From: Clostridia bacterium | GTDB taxonomy: Bacteria > Bacillota > Clostridia > Christensenellales > QALW01 | Reading direction: 5' to 3' | NCBI GenBank assembly: GCA_900769815.1 | Contig: CAAGID010000030.1 | Location: forward strand, 80,415 to 144,414 | Length of the DNA stretch: 64,000 nucleotides | Shown here: positions 38,134 through 48,600 of the stretch, piece by piece | How positions within the stretch are numbered: position 1 is the stretch's first letter | Layout: each line of letters opens with the position of its first letter | Made by a program: the position numbers and the translations under genes | Notes under the pieces: model-generated | The model's database searches: none | Seen by the model: only the letters and a program-made list of their open reading frames with translations | Told to the model about the DNA's origin: nothing

Positions 38134-39163
38134 TGATAACACCCTCATCACTTTCTATAACAGTACCGATAATATAAGCATCTTCGCCCTGAGCCTTTAA
38201 GATTTCAAGAGCCTTATCTGCTTCGTCAGCCTTAACAACAATGCTCATACCAACGCCCATATTAAAGGTATTGAACATATCACGCTCGGAAATTCCGCCA
38301 ACCTTCTGAATAAGATTAAAGATAGGAAGAACCTTAAGGGTTGATTTATCAACCTTAACTGAATAGCCATTAGGTAAGCTTCTGGGAATATTCTCATAGA
38401 ATCCCCCGCCTGTAATATGTGAAATTGCGTGTACGTCAACCTGCTCTAAAAGTGCAAGAACCGCTTTAACGTAGATTTTTGTAGGTGTAAGTAACGTTTC
38501 GCCTAAGGTTTTGCCGTTAAGTTTATCCTTATAAGCTGTTAAATCACAGTTGCCGATATCAAAAACCTTACGAACAAGTGAGAAGCCGTTGGAATGTACA
38601 CCGGAAGATGCAAGAGCAATAACCTTATCCCCTGCAGTTACCTTATTGTTATCTAAGATTTTCTTTTTATCAACAATACCTACTGCAAAGCCTGCAAGGT
38701 CGTAATCCTCTAAGGGCATCATACCGGGATGCTCAGCAGTTTCGCCACCGATTAAGGCTGCACCTGACTGTACACAACCTTCGCATACACCGCTTACGAT
38801 TGAAGCAATTTTTTCAGGATAGTTCTTTCCGCAAGCAATATAATCAAGGAAGAAAAGGGGTTTTGCACCACAGCAGATAATATCGTTTACACACATTGCA
38901 ACTGCGTCAATACCGATAGTATCGTGCTTATCCATTAAAATTGCAAGCTTAACTTTTGTACCGCAACCGTCGGTACCGCTTACAAGAACGGGCTCTTCAT
39001 AACCCGTAGGAAGACCGAAGCAACCACCAAACCCGCCAACGTCATCAAGGCAACCTGCGTTACGTGTTCTTTTAATATGTTCTTTCATAAGTTCAACTGA
39101 CTTATAACCTGCAGTAATATCTACACCTGCTGCTGCATAACTATCTGATTTTGATTTCATCAT
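38126..39163 (-). CDS. purM: Phosphoribosylformylglycinamidine cyclo-ligase (AIR synthetase)
   Basis: …SYAAAGVDITAGYKSVELMK…SGTDGCGTK…; 345 aa. Confidence 0.95.
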   Translation of the reverse strand: MMKSKSDSYAAAGVDITAGYKSVELMKEHIKRTRNAGCLDDVGGFGGCFGLPTGYEEPVLVSGTDGCGTKVKLAILMDKHDTIGIDAVAMCVNDIICCGAKPLFFLDYIACGKNYPEKIASIVSGVCEGCVQSGAALIGGETAEHPGMMPLEDYDLAGFAVGIVDKKKILDNNKVTAGDKVIALASSGVHSNGFSLVRKVFDIGNCDLTAYKDKLNGKTLGETLLTPTKIYVKAVLALLEQVDVHAISHITGGGFYENIPRSLPNGYSVKVDKSTLKVLPIFNLIQKVGGISERDMFNTFNMGVGMSIVVKADEADKALEILKAQGEDAYIIGTVIESDEGVIIE

Positions 39164-39169
39164 TTTTAT

Positions 39170-40591
39170 TTATTCCTTTCCGTTCCAACAATAGGTACAA
39201 AGCTTGCAGGGCTCAATACCAATTGCTTTAATAATTCCCTCAAGGGATTGAAAATCAAGTGACGTAAAGTGAAGCTTTTCACATATAACCTGACGAAGCT
39301 TTTGTCCTCGTTCAGTTTTTGCATCTGAATATTCTTCAAGATGCTTTAAGCCTTCCTCGCCTTCAAGCTCAATAACCGTTCTTCTTGCAATTAACTCCAT
39401 CTGGTTTGACGAACGTGAGAAGTTAAGATATTTACAGCCGTAAATAATGGGCGGACAAGCTGAACGTATATGTACTTCTTTTGCACCGTTATCATAAAGG
39501 AAATCAACCGTTTCCTTTAACTGTGTACCGCGAACGATAGAATCGTCAACAAAAAGAAGCTTTTTACCTTGTATAAGCTCGTGCACGGGAATCATTTTCA
39601 TCTTTGCAACGCGGTTTCTTTGTGCCTGGTTAGTAGGCATAAAGCTTCTTGGCCAGGTAGGCGTATATTTAATAAAGGGTCGTGCAAAGGGGATTTTAGA
39701 CTCATTTGCATAGCCAATTGCGTGAGGTGTGCCTGAATCAGGAATACCGCCAACAAAGTCAATACCGTCAGTTTTGTCTAAGTCTTTATCGCTTTCAGCC
39801 ATTATCTGACCGTTCCTATAGCGCATAACCTCAACGTTTACGCCTTCATAATTTGAAGTTGAGTATCCGTAATATGACCAAAGGAATGCACATATCTTCA
39901 TCTCTTTTTGTGCAGGAAGAAGTGTTTTCATCTCCGTTGCAGTAAGTTCCACGATTTGACCGGGGCCAAGCTCTAAAACGTCAGTATAATCAAGTTTTTT
40001 ATAGGCAAAAGATTCAAATGCAACTGCATATCCGTTTTTATTTTTACCAACAATACAAGGCGTCCTGCCGTAGAAATCACGTGCGGCAATTATCGTACCT
40101 TTATCGGTAAGAATAAGTACCGTTGCTGAGCCTTCTATAGACTGCTGAGCAAAGCGGATGCCGTCAGCAAAATTGTCTTTTTTATTCATTAACGCGGCAA
40201 AAAGTTCAACTGTGTTAACCTTACCGCCTGTCATTGCACTGAACTGGTCACCGTCTGACAGATATTTTTTAATTAGCTCATCAGAATTGTTTATTGCACC
40301 TACCATTGTTATGGCATATGCACCAAGTCCTGAACGGAATAAAAGAGGTTGAGGATCGGTATCGCTTATACAGCCGATAGCCGCCGTGCCGCTCATTTCG
40401 TCAAAAATGTCTTCAAACTTGGTTCTGAAGGGCGAATTCTGTATATTATGTATTTCTCTTTGTAAACCCACTTCACTGTTCCAAGCCGCCATACCGCCAC
40501 GGCGTGTGCCTAAATGAGAGTGATAGTCAGTGCCGAAAAATACGTCTGAAATAGCATCGCGCTTACATACTGCGCCGAAAAAGCCACCCAT
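39170..40591 (-). CDS. purF: Amidophosphoribosyltransferase-like protein (PurF position in operon) lacking the N-terminal catalytic Cys
   Basis: PRPP motif …KLLFVDDSIVRGTQLK… and a PurF-like layout, but the N-terminus is MGGFFGAV… (ATG GGT GGC) rather than MCG…. Strong RBS AAAGGAGA fixes the start. Confidence 0.8.
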   Translation of the reverse strand: MGGFFGAVCKRDAISDVFFGTDYHSHLGTRRGGMAAWNSEVGLQREIHNIQNSPFRTKFEDIFDEMSGTAAIGCISDTDPQPLLFRSGLGAYAITMVGAINNSDELIKKYLSDGDQFSAMTGGKVNTVELFAALMNKKDNFADGIRFAQQSIEGSATVLILTDKGTIIAARDFYGRTPCIVGKNKNGYAVAFESFAYKKLDYTDVLELGPGQIVELTATEMKTLLPAQKEMKICAFLWSYYGYSTSNYEGVNVEVMRYRNGQIMAESDKDLDKTDGIDFVGGIPDSGTPHAIGYANESKIPFARPFIKYTPTWPRSFMPTNQAQRNRVAKMKMIPVHELIQGKKLLFVDDSIVRGTQLKETVDFLYDNGAKEVHIRSACPPIIYGCKYLNFSRSSNQMELIARRTVIELEGEEGLKHLEEYSDAKTERGQKLRQVICEKLHFTSLDFQSLEGIIKAIGIEPCKLCTYCWNGKE

Positions 40592-40602
40592 AGAAATCTC
40601 CT

Positions 40603-41091
40603 TTAAAGCTTTGTTGCGATATCTAAATCTTTTTCCAATACCTTTTTAGCATCGGAAACACGTTTTGAATCAAGTTTTAACTGTAAGCCCTTATCCTCAA
40701 CTGCGATAATCTGTGCAGCAAGAAGTGCCGCATTAGCACCACCGTTAATTGCAACTGTTGCAACGGGGATACCGGTGGGCATCTGTACTGTTGCTAAAAG
40801 CGCATCCATACCGTCAAGGTTTGAGCTTGAACAAGGAATACCGATAACAGGTAATGTTGTATTTGCCGCAATAGCACCTGCTAAATGTGCCGCCATGCCT
40901 GCGGCGGCAATAATAACACCAAAGCCGTTATCTCTTGCATTCAATGCAAAATCACGTGCTTCAACAGGTGTACGGTGTGCTGAATAAACGTGTACCTCAA
41001 AAGGAATTTCAAGGCTTTTAAGCATATCTGTTGCTTTTTTAATTATAGGAAGGTCACTGTCGCTTCCCATTACAATTCCAACTTTTTTCAT
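40603..41091 (-). CDS. purE: 5-(carboxyamino)imidazole ribonucleotide mutase / AIR carboxylase (PurE)
   Basis: MKKVGIVMGSDSDLPIIKKA…YSAHRTP…PVIGIP…. Start moved to the ATG at 41091 (RBS AAGGAGAG). The track's upstream extension runs through the riboswitch. Confidence 0.92.
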   Translation of the reverse strand: MKKVGIVMGSDSDLPIIKKATDMLKSLEIPFEVHVYSAHRTPVEARDFALNARDNGFGVIIAAAGMAAHLAGAIAANTTLPVIGIPCSSSNLDGMDALLATVQMPTGIPVATVAINGGANAALLAAQIIAVEDKGLQLKLDSKRVSDAKKVLEKDLDIATKL

Positions 41092-41104
41092 AAAAACTCT
41101 CCTT

Positions 41105-41222
41105 AAAAAACATAAAAGAGCACAGTTATTTACAAAAATGCAAATAATTGTGCCCAGACGGTCGGCTATAAAAACTCCTTGCTCCACTGTGGTTTTTCCA
41201 CAATTATCCGTCAGTCGCAAGA
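41105..41222 (-). promoter_or_regulatory. ZTP (pfl-motif) riboswitch with intrinsic terminator expression platform
   Basis: Minus strand reads TTGCGACTGACGGATAATTGTGGAAAAACCACAGTGGAGCAAGG…ATAGCCGACCGTCTGGGCACA. This carries the conserved GACUGACGG, GUGGA…ACCAC and CCGACCGUCUGGGC elements; ACGG/CCGT can form the pseudoknot. GCACAATTATTTGCA-TTTT-TGTAAATAACTGTGC plus a T-run overlaps the 3' aptamer arm. Confidence 0.85.
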
Positions 41223-41242
41223 AACTTAAAAATCACACTAAA

Positions 41243-41271
41243 ATTATATTGTAAAATGCAATTTTTGTCAA
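41243..41271 (-). promoter_or_regulatory. Consensus sigma-A promoter of the pur operon (TTGACA-17-TATAAT)
   Basis: Minus strand reads TTGACA (41271-41266), a 17-nt spacer, then TATAAT (41248-41243), immediately upstream of the riboswitch. Confidence 0.75.
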
Positions 41272-41304
41272 GGCACGCAGCATATTAAAAATAAGAAATA
41301 TATG

Positions 41305-41724
41305 TTAATTTTTCGCCTGTGTCTCACAGTAAATACAACGGTAAATTCCCTTTTCTTTATCAGCAAGCTTAAACACGTGGTCAAGCTCCTGCTCGCAGCT
41401 TGAAATACATCTTGGATTCTTACATTTTATAACGTTTGTAAGAATTTCAGGCTTTGCAATGCTCTTTTTTTCAACGAGAATACCATTTTTGATTACGTTT
41501 ACGGTTGCACCGGGATCAACGTAACCAATAACGTCTAAATTTACGGGGATATCAGCATCGATCTTTATAATGTCTTTTCTGCCCATTTTTCTGGAAAAGC
41601 CGTTTTTAATTAAAGCAATTGAGCAGTCAAGTTCGGATAAACCTAAAAGCTCATATAAAAGCATACCTCTGCCGGCTGTAATATGGTCAATTACAACACC
41701 ATTCTGAATTGAATCCACGTTCAT
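41305..41724 (-). CDS. pyrI: Aspartate carbamoyltransferase regulatory chain
   Basis: …[10 protein letters not shown]…; C-terminal zinc domain CKNPRC…CIYC; 139 aa. Overlaps the pyrB stop. Confidence 0.9.
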   Translation of the reverse strand: MNVDSIQNGVVIDHITAGRGMLLYELLGLSELDCSIALIKNGFSRKMGRKDIIKIDADIPVNLDVIGYVDPGATVNVIKNGILVEKKSIAKPEILTNVIKCKNPRCISSCEQELDHVFKLADKEKGIYRCIYCETQAKN

Positions 41725-42641
41725 AAAAGGTCAGCCTCCTTCAGAAGTTTTAAAATAAGTGCCATTCGCATATATTTGCCGTTAAGCACCTGTTTGAAAT
41801 AGCAAGCGCGCTTGTCCTCATCAATCTTAACGCTTATCTCGTTTACTCTTGGCAGCGGATGCATTATAGCAAGGTCATCCTTTGCATTTTTAAGCTTTTC
41901 AGGTGTAAGAATATAACTGTCCTTAAGGCGAAGATAATCCTCTTCATTAAAGAAACGTTCTCTTTGAACACGTGTCATATATAAAATATCAAGTTCAGGC
42001 ATTGCTACTTCAAGACTTGTTGTCTGCTTATATTCAATATTCTTCTCTTTTAAAATATTTTTAACGTAGCTTGGAAGTTTTAATTCTTCAGGCGAAATAA
42101 GCACGATTTTTACGTTTTCATAGCGTGAAAGTGCGTTAATAAGGGAATGAACGGTTCTGCCGAATTTAAGGTCACCGCAAAAGCCTACTGTAAGATTATT
42201 AAAGCCGCCCTTTTCCCTATAAATAGTTAAGAGGTCTGCAAGCGTCTGTGTGGGATGGTTATGTCCCCCATCGCCTGCATTGATTACGGGAATAGTTGCA
42301 TTTTTTGAAGCAACGTAGGGTGCGCCCTCTTTAGGATGACGCATTGCAATAATATCGGCATAACAGCTTATGGTCTTTGCCGTATCGGCAACGCTTTCAC
42401 CCTTTGCAGCCGAAGAAGAATTTGCTTCGGAAAAGCCTATAACATTTCCGCCAAGCTCATACATTGCCGCCTCAAAAGAAAGGCGTGTTCTTGTAGAGGG
42501 TTCAAAAAAGAGTGTAGCAAGCTTTTTACCTTTGCAGACTTCGCTGTACTTTTTAGGATTTTCAATAATATCGCAAGCACAGGAAATAAGCCCATCAATC
42601 TCATTAACGCTGAGGTCAAGTATATCAATAAGACTTCTCAT
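41721..42641 (-). CDS. pyrB: Aspartate carbamoyltransferase catalytic chain
   Basis: …[14 protein letters not shown]…HPTQ…HPLPR…; 306 aa. Confidence 0.95.
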   Translation of the reverse strand: MRSLIDILDLSVNEIDGLISCACDIIENPKKYSEVCKGKKLATLFFEPSTRTRLSFEAAMYELGGNVIGFSEANSSSAAKGESVADTAKTISCYADIIAMRHPKEGAPYVASKNATIPVINAGDGGHNHPTQTLADLLTIYREKGGFNNLTVGFCGDLKFGRTVHSLINALSRYENVKIVLISPEELKLPSYVKNILKEKNIEYKQTTSLEVAMPELDILYMTRVQRERFFNEEDYLRLKDSYILTPEKLKNAKDDLAIMHPLPRVNEISVKIDEDKRACYFKQVLNGKYMRMALILKLLKEADLL

Positions 42642-42658
42642 TTTCTCTATCCTTTTTA

Positions 42659-43315
42659 TTAGATTTTTGCACCGTTAACTTGAAGATAATTTTTAATTCT
42701 GTCTACGTTTTCCTTGTTTTTGGGGTCTTCTTCAAGATACTCAATAATATCGTAAACGTCTACAACTGAATATACGGGGAAACCGAATTCTTCGCCCACT
42801 TCAGCCATTGCCGATTTTTCAGTCTGTCCCTTTTCCTTACGGTCAACCATAACAAAGGTAGCTTTAACTTTAACGCCTTCAAGCTTACTTAAAATTGCCA
42901 TACTTTCGCGAATTGCAGTACCTGCGGTAATAACATCTTCAACGATAACCACTTCTTCGCCTGCCTGGGGCTTATAACCTACGAATACACCGCCCTCGCC
43001 GTGGTCCTTTTCCTCTTTACGGTTAAAGAAGAAGGGTACGTCAAGGTCATTTTTTGAAAGTGCACAAGCAACTGAAACTGCTATTGGAATCCCCTTATAT
43101 GCAGGACCGTAAAGAACCGTTTTCTCGTTGCCGATTTTCTCAAAATATGCCTTTGCATAGAATTCGCCTAACTTTGAAATCTGGTCGCCGGTTTTAATAT
43201 CGCCTGCGTTAATGAAGTAAGGAATCTTTCTACCTGATTTTGCAGTGAAATCCCCAAACTTAAGAACGCCTGCACCCTCTAAAAACTGTATAAACTCTCT
43301 TTTATAGCTTTCCAT
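42659..43315 (-). CDS. pyrE: Orotate phosphoribosyltransferase
   Basis: …[17 protein letters not shown]… (PRPP motif); 218 aa. Confidence 0.92.
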   Translation of the reverse strand: MESYKREFIQFLEGAGVLKFGDFTAKSGRKIPYFINAGDIKTGDQISKLGEFYAKAYFEKIGNEKTVLYGPAYKGIPIAVSVACALSKNDLDVPFFFNRKEEKDHGEGGVFVGYKPQAGEEVVIVEDVITAGTAIRESMAILSKLEGVKVKATFVMVDRKEKGQTEKSAMAEVGEEFGFPVYSVVDVYDIIEYLEEDPKNKENVDRIKNYLQVNGAKI

Positions 43316-43333
43316 TTTATTTTCTCCTTTATT

Positions 43334-44032
43334 TTAATCGCAGAATTCTCTTACGCATCTTTCGTAAGCTTCAACGGGATCTTCTGCAGCAGTAATAGGT
43401 CTGCCAACAACAATATAATCTGAGCCGATTTTTTTAGCCTCCGCAGGTGTCATAACACGTTTCTGATCGCCAATATCGCCATCTGCAAAACGAACACCCG
43501 GAGTTACGGTAATAAATTCTCTGCCACAGGTTGAGTGTACCTTTTCGGCCTCTAAGGGCGAACAAACAACACCGTCAAGACCTGCTTTCTTAGCATTTGA
43601 GGCGTAGTGCATTACTACCTTGTCAATAGGCTCGTTAATTAAGAGGTCGTTCTGCATACTTTCCTGGTCTGTGGAGGTAAGCTGTGTAACGGCAATTAAA
43701 ATGGGACGTGTGCCATCTTCTCTTGTCAATCCTTCAATGGCGGCAGTCATCATATTAATTGTGCCGGAAGCGTGAAGATTTGTCATGTCAACGTCAAGAC
43801 GCGATAAAACCGACATTGACTTTTTAACTGTATTGGGAATATCGTGAAGCTTTAAATCAAGGAAAATCTTGTGTCCTCTCTTTTTGATTTCACGTACGAT
43901 TTCAGGACCTTCAGCATAGAAAAGCTCCATACCGATTTTTACAAAAGGCTTTCTGCCCTGAAACTTATCTAAAAATTCAAAAAACTTTTCCTTTGAGGAA
44001 AAATCGCAAGCAATAATAACATCCTTTCCCAT
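43334..44032 (-). CDS. pyrF: Orotidine 5'-phosphate decarboxylase
   Basis: …IIACDF…FVKIGMELF…IFLDLKLHDIPNT…; 232 aa. Confidence 0.93.
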   Translation of the reverse strand: MGKDVIIACDFSSKEKFFEFLDKFQGRKPFVKIGMELFYAEGPEIVREIKKRGHKIFLDLKLHDIPNTVKKSMSVLSRLDVDMTNLHASGTINMMTAAIEGLTREDGTRPILIAVTQLTSTDQESMQNDLLINEPIDKVVMHYASNAKKAGLDGVVCSPLEAEKVHSTCGREFITVTPGVRFADGDIGDQKRVMTPAEAKKIGSDYIVVGRPITAAEDPVEAYERCVREFCD

Positions 44033-44943
44033 TATAAAACACCTCCGATAATATCTCTTAAGTTATCTATTTTATATTCTTCCATTTTTTTAGGAAGCTC
44101 TTCAATAATATTTTTGCAGGCAAAGGGCTCAATTAAATTCATTGCACCTACTTCAACTGCAGTTGCACCTGCAAGCATCATTTCAATAACGTCTTCAGCG
44201 GACGAAACACCGCCCATACCGATAACGGGAATCTTTACAGCGTGGGCAACCTGATATACCATTCTTACTGCAACGGGAAAAATTGCACTGCCTGAAAAAC
44301 CGCCCATTTTATTGGCAATAACGGGTTTTCTTGATTTTAAATCTATACGCATACCTAAAAGAGTATTTATAAGACTTATACCGTCTGCCCCTGCATCCTC
44401 GCAAGCCTTTGCAATGGAAACAATATCCGTTACGTTGGGCGAAAGCTTTATTATTACAGGCTTGGTTGTTACCTTTTTAACTGCTTTTGTAACATCTGCC
44501 GCATTTTCAGGGGAAGTACCAAAGCTCATACCTCCACCGTGCACGTTAGGACAGCTTACATTAACTTCAAGCCAGCCAACCTGCTCACATTTATCTAATT
44601 TTTCACAAGTGTAAGCGTAATCTTCAACGGAAAATCCGCTTACGTTTGCCATAACGGGCTTATGAAAGCACTTTTTTAATTTGGGAAGTTCTTCACTAAT
44701 TACCTTTTCAACGCCGGGATTCTGAAGTCCTACCGCATTTATCATACCCTGAGGACACTCGGCAATTCTCGGTGTGGGGTTACCAAAGCGAGGATCTTTT
44801 GTTGTTCCTTTAAATGAAAAAGTGCCTAAAATATTTATATCGTAAATTTCATTGAATTCATAACCAAAACCAAATGTTCCCGAAGCAGGAATAACGGGGT
44901 TATCAAGCTCAATACCGCAAAGGTTTACACTTAATTTTCCCAT
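44032..44943 (-). CDS. pyrD: Dihydroorotate dehydrogenase B, catalytic subunit
   Basis: …NPVIPASGTFGFG…NVSCPNV…; 303 aa. Paired with pyrK. Confidence 0.93.
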   Translation of the reverse strand: MGKLSVNLCGIELDNPVIPASGTFGFGYEFNEIYDINILGTFSFKGTTKDPRFGNPTPRIAECPQGMINAVGLQNPGVEKVISEELPKLKKCFHKPVMANVSGFSVEDYAYTCEKLDKCEQVGWLEVNVSCPNVHGGGMSFGTSPENAADVTKAVKKVTTKPVIIKLSPNVTDIVSIAKACEDAGADGISLINTLLGMRIDLKSRKPVIANKMGGFSGSAIFPVAVRMVYQVAHAVKIPVIGMGGVSSAEDVIEMMLAGATAVEVGAMNLIEPFACKNIIEELPKKMEEYKIDNLRDIIGGVL

Positions 44944-45662
44944 AAGATTTCCTCCTTCTCTAAAACGGGACCGTCTTTGCAGATACGCTTATAGCCCGTA
45001 ACGGTTTTACAAGAGCAACCCATACAAGCACCGAAGCCGCAACCCATTCTTTCTTCAAAGCTAAACTGACCGCTTGTTACGCTTTTTTTGTAAATTGCTT
45101 TAAGCATAGGTTCAGGTCCGCAGGTATAAAAGTATGAATATTCCCTATCCATTTCATCGGTTACAAAGCCTTTTGTGCCGTATGAGCCATCAACTGTTGT
45201 AACGAAAACTTCTGCACCTAATTTTTTGAATTCTTCTTCATAAAAGATTTCGTCTTTAGTGTTAAAGCCAAGAATAACGGTAACCTTTTTGCCCATTTTA
45301 ATAAGCTCACGGCAAAGCATATACATAGGCGGAACACCTACGCCACCGCCAATTAAAAGAGGTGCGTTTCCTGCTTTTGAAAGGTCGTATCCGTTACCAA
45401 GACCCGTTAAAATATCTAAAGTGCCTTCTTTCATAAGGCTCATCTGCTTTGTGCCTTTGCCTACAACCTTATAAACGAGAGTAAGCAAATCATTTTGACA
45501 GTCACAAACGGAAATAGGTCTTCTTAAATATAAGCCGTCAAGCTTAATATTTACAAACTGACCTGGACAAGTAATATCACTTGTATCGCCCTTGAGCACC
45601 ATTTTATAAACGGTGCTCGTCAGGGGGATATTTTCTAAAATTTCAAATAATCCTTGTTTCAT
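44931..45662 (-). CDS. pyrK: Dihydroorotate dehydrogenase B electron-transfer subunit
   Basis: FAD/NAD-binding domain plus a C-terminal 2Fe-2S Cys cluster (…MGCGFGACMGCSC…ICKDGP…). Confidence 0.9.
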   Translation of the reverse strand: MKQGLFEILENIPLTSTVYKMVLKGDTSDITCPGQFVNIKLDGLYLRRPISVCDCQNDLLTLVYKVVGKGTKQMSLMKEGTLDILTGLGNGYDLSKAGNAPLLIGGGVGVPPMYMLCRELIKMGKKVTVILGFNTKDEIFYEEEFKKLGAEVFVTTVDGSYGTKGFVTDEMDREYSYFYTCGPEPMLKAIYKKSVTSGQFSFEERMGCGFGACMGCSCKTVTGYKRICKDGPVLEKEEILWEN

Positions 45663-45670
45663 TTTTCACC

Positions 45671-48600
45671 TTAAGCATCAATAGTTGAAATTGTAAGGGT
45701 GGTTTCCTCTAAAACGTCTAAAAGAACTTTAACTGTATCAAGGGAAGTAAACATCGTAACATTATTTTCCGTTGCATATCTACGGATTTCATAACCGTCA
45801 GTCATCTGACCGCTACCGATATCACGAGTGTTAATAACGTATGCAATGTGTCCCTGACGAAGTGCATCGGGAATCTCATCGGGATCTTCGTGAATTTTAC
45901 TGAGCACGTGTGTGCGGATTCCGTTAGCCTTTAAGTATTCAGCAGTTCCTTTTGTTGCCTGAATATTGAAGCCTAAGTTATAGAAACGGCGTATTAAGGG
46001 AAGTGCCTCCTCCTTATCCTTATCTGAGATTGTTGCAAACACGGTACCGTAATTCTGCAAATGCATACCTGATGCCTGAAGTGCCTTATATAATGCACGG
46101 TTAAGCTTATCGTCATATCCAATTGCTTCGCCCGTTGACTTCATTTCAGGCGAAAGATAAGCATCAAGACCGCGAATCTTATTAAATGAGAATACGGGAA
46201 CCTTTACGTACCAACGGTTCTTTTCGTTGGGATAGATTCCGAAAATTCCCTGTTCTTTAAGACTCTTACCCATAATAACTTCAGTTGCAATATCAGCTAA
46301 GGAATAGCCCGTTGCCTTTGATAAGAAGGGAACTGTTCTTGAAGAACGGGGGTTAACCTCAATGATAAATACGTTATCATTTTCATCAACGATAAACTGA
46401 ATATTATAAAGGCCGATAATACCGATGCCAAGACCTAACTTTTTAGCGTACTGAAGAATTGTTCCCTTTACCTTATCGGAAATTGAGAAAGTGGGATATA
46501 CGCTGATGGAGTCACCTGAGTGGATACCCGTTCTTTCAACAAGCTCCATAATGCCAGGAACGAAAACGTCGTGACCGTCACAGATAGCGTCAACCTCAAC
46601 CTCTTTACCTTGAATATATTTATCAACAAGTACCGGCTTATCCTCGTCAATTTCAACGGCAGTTTTAAGATAGTGGCGAAGCTGTTCCTCGTTTGCAACT
46701 ATCTGCATAGCGCGTCCGCCTAAAACGAAGCTGGGACGAACAAGTACGGGGTAACCTATTTCCTTTGCGGCGTTGATGCCGTCTTCAATCTTTGTAACGG
46801 CTCTGCCCTGAGGCTGAGGAATGTTAAGCTCCTCTAAAACCTTTTCAAAGCTGTCACGGTTCTCTGCACGCTCAATGGCATCGCAGTCAGTACCGATAAT
46901 CTTAACACCGCGTGCCATAAGAGGCTCGGCAAGGTTAATAGCAGTCTGTCCGCCTAAGGAAGCAATTACACCTTCAGGCTTTTCAAACTCGATAATATTC
47001 ATAACGTCCTCAGTTGTAAGAGGCTCAAAATAAAGCTTATCGGCAGTTGTATAGTCAGTTGAAACGGTTTCGGGGTTATTATTGATAATAATTGCTTCAT
47101 ATCCTGAATTTTTAATTGTTGTAACGGCGTGTACTGTTGAATAGTCAAATTCAACACCCTGACCGATACGGATAGGACCTGCACCTAAAACAACTATCTT
47201 CTTTTTATCGGTAAGTTTTGATGCGTTTTCGCCCTGATATGAAGAATAGAAGTAAGGAATATATGCGTTTGTATGGCAGGTATCCACCATCTTGAATATG
47301 GGGAAAATATTACTTGCCTTACGCATAGAGAATACTTCAATTTCACTTATGCCCCAAAGCTTTGCAATAAACTTATCTGAAAAGCCCATTGTCTTTGCCT
47401 TTTTAAGGGTTTCAAGGTCATTATTAGCCTTTAATACTTCTTCCATTTCAACAATTTTCTTAATGGATTCAAGGAAGTATCTTGTAATCTTCGTAATATC
47501 GTAAAGTGTTTCAGTATCAGTTTTACGTCTTAAAAGCTCAGCAACGGCAAAAATGTTATCATCCTTAAATTCCTTGATATAATCAAGTAATTCCTCAGTG
47601 GTCATATTATCAAACTTAGGAAGGTGGAAGTGACAGCATCCGATTTCAAGTGAACGAACTGATTTTAATAAGCACTCTTCCAAGGTTGAGCCTATGCCCA
47701 TAACCTCGCCCGTTGCCTTCATCTGTGTGCCTAAAGTATTTTTGGCAGTTGCAAACTTATCAAAGGGGAATCTGGGAAGCTTTGCAATAACGTAATCAAG
47801 GCTTGGCTCAAAGGCTGCGTTTGTGTTTGCAATTTTAATATCTTCAAGAGCCATACCTACTGCAATCTTTGCAGTAACGCGGGCAATGGGATAACCTGAT
47901 GCCTTTGAAGCAAGAGCCGACGAACGTGAAACGCGGGGGTTAACCTCGATTAAATAATATTGGCTTGAATTGGGGTCAAGTGCAAACTGTACGTTACAAC
48001 CGCCTTCGATTTTAAGCTCGCGGATAATCTTGATTGCTGAATCGTTAAGCATCTTAAGGTCGTGGTCGCTTAAAGTCATAATAGGTGCAACTACAAGGGA
48101 GTCACCTGTATGTACGCCAACGGGGTCGATATTTTCCATACCGCAGATGGTAATTGCGTGGTCGTTGGAGTCACGCATAACTTCAAACTCAATTTCCTTA
48201 TATCCCTTAACGCTCTTTTCAATAAGTACCTGATGAACAGGAGAAAGCTTAAATGCGTTGATACCAACCTCAATAAGTTCTTCTTCAGAGTATGCAAAGC
48301 CGCCGCCGGTACCGCCTAAAGTAAATGCAGGACGAAGTACTACGGGATAGCCGATTTCCTTAGCAGCCTTTTTAGCTTCTTCAAGGTTATATGTAATTTC
48401 TGAAGGAATTGTCGGCTCTCCTATTGACTGACAAAGCTCTTTAAAAAGTTCTCTATCCTCAGCACGCTCAATACTTTCGCTGCTGGTACCTAAAAGCTCA
48501 ACACCGCACTCCTTTAAAACGCCCTTCTTTTCAAGCTGCATTGCAAGGTTAAGACCTGTCTGACCGCCGATACCGGGAACGATGGCATCAGGGCGTTCAT

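Noticed and set aside
41105-41222. Purine (guanine/adenine) riboswitch, the expected regulator of a Firmicute pur operon
   Set aside because: The leader lacks the purine-aptamer three-way-junction consensus (…UAUAAUCGCGUGGAUAUGGCACGCA…). It matches the ZTP/pfl conserved elements instead.
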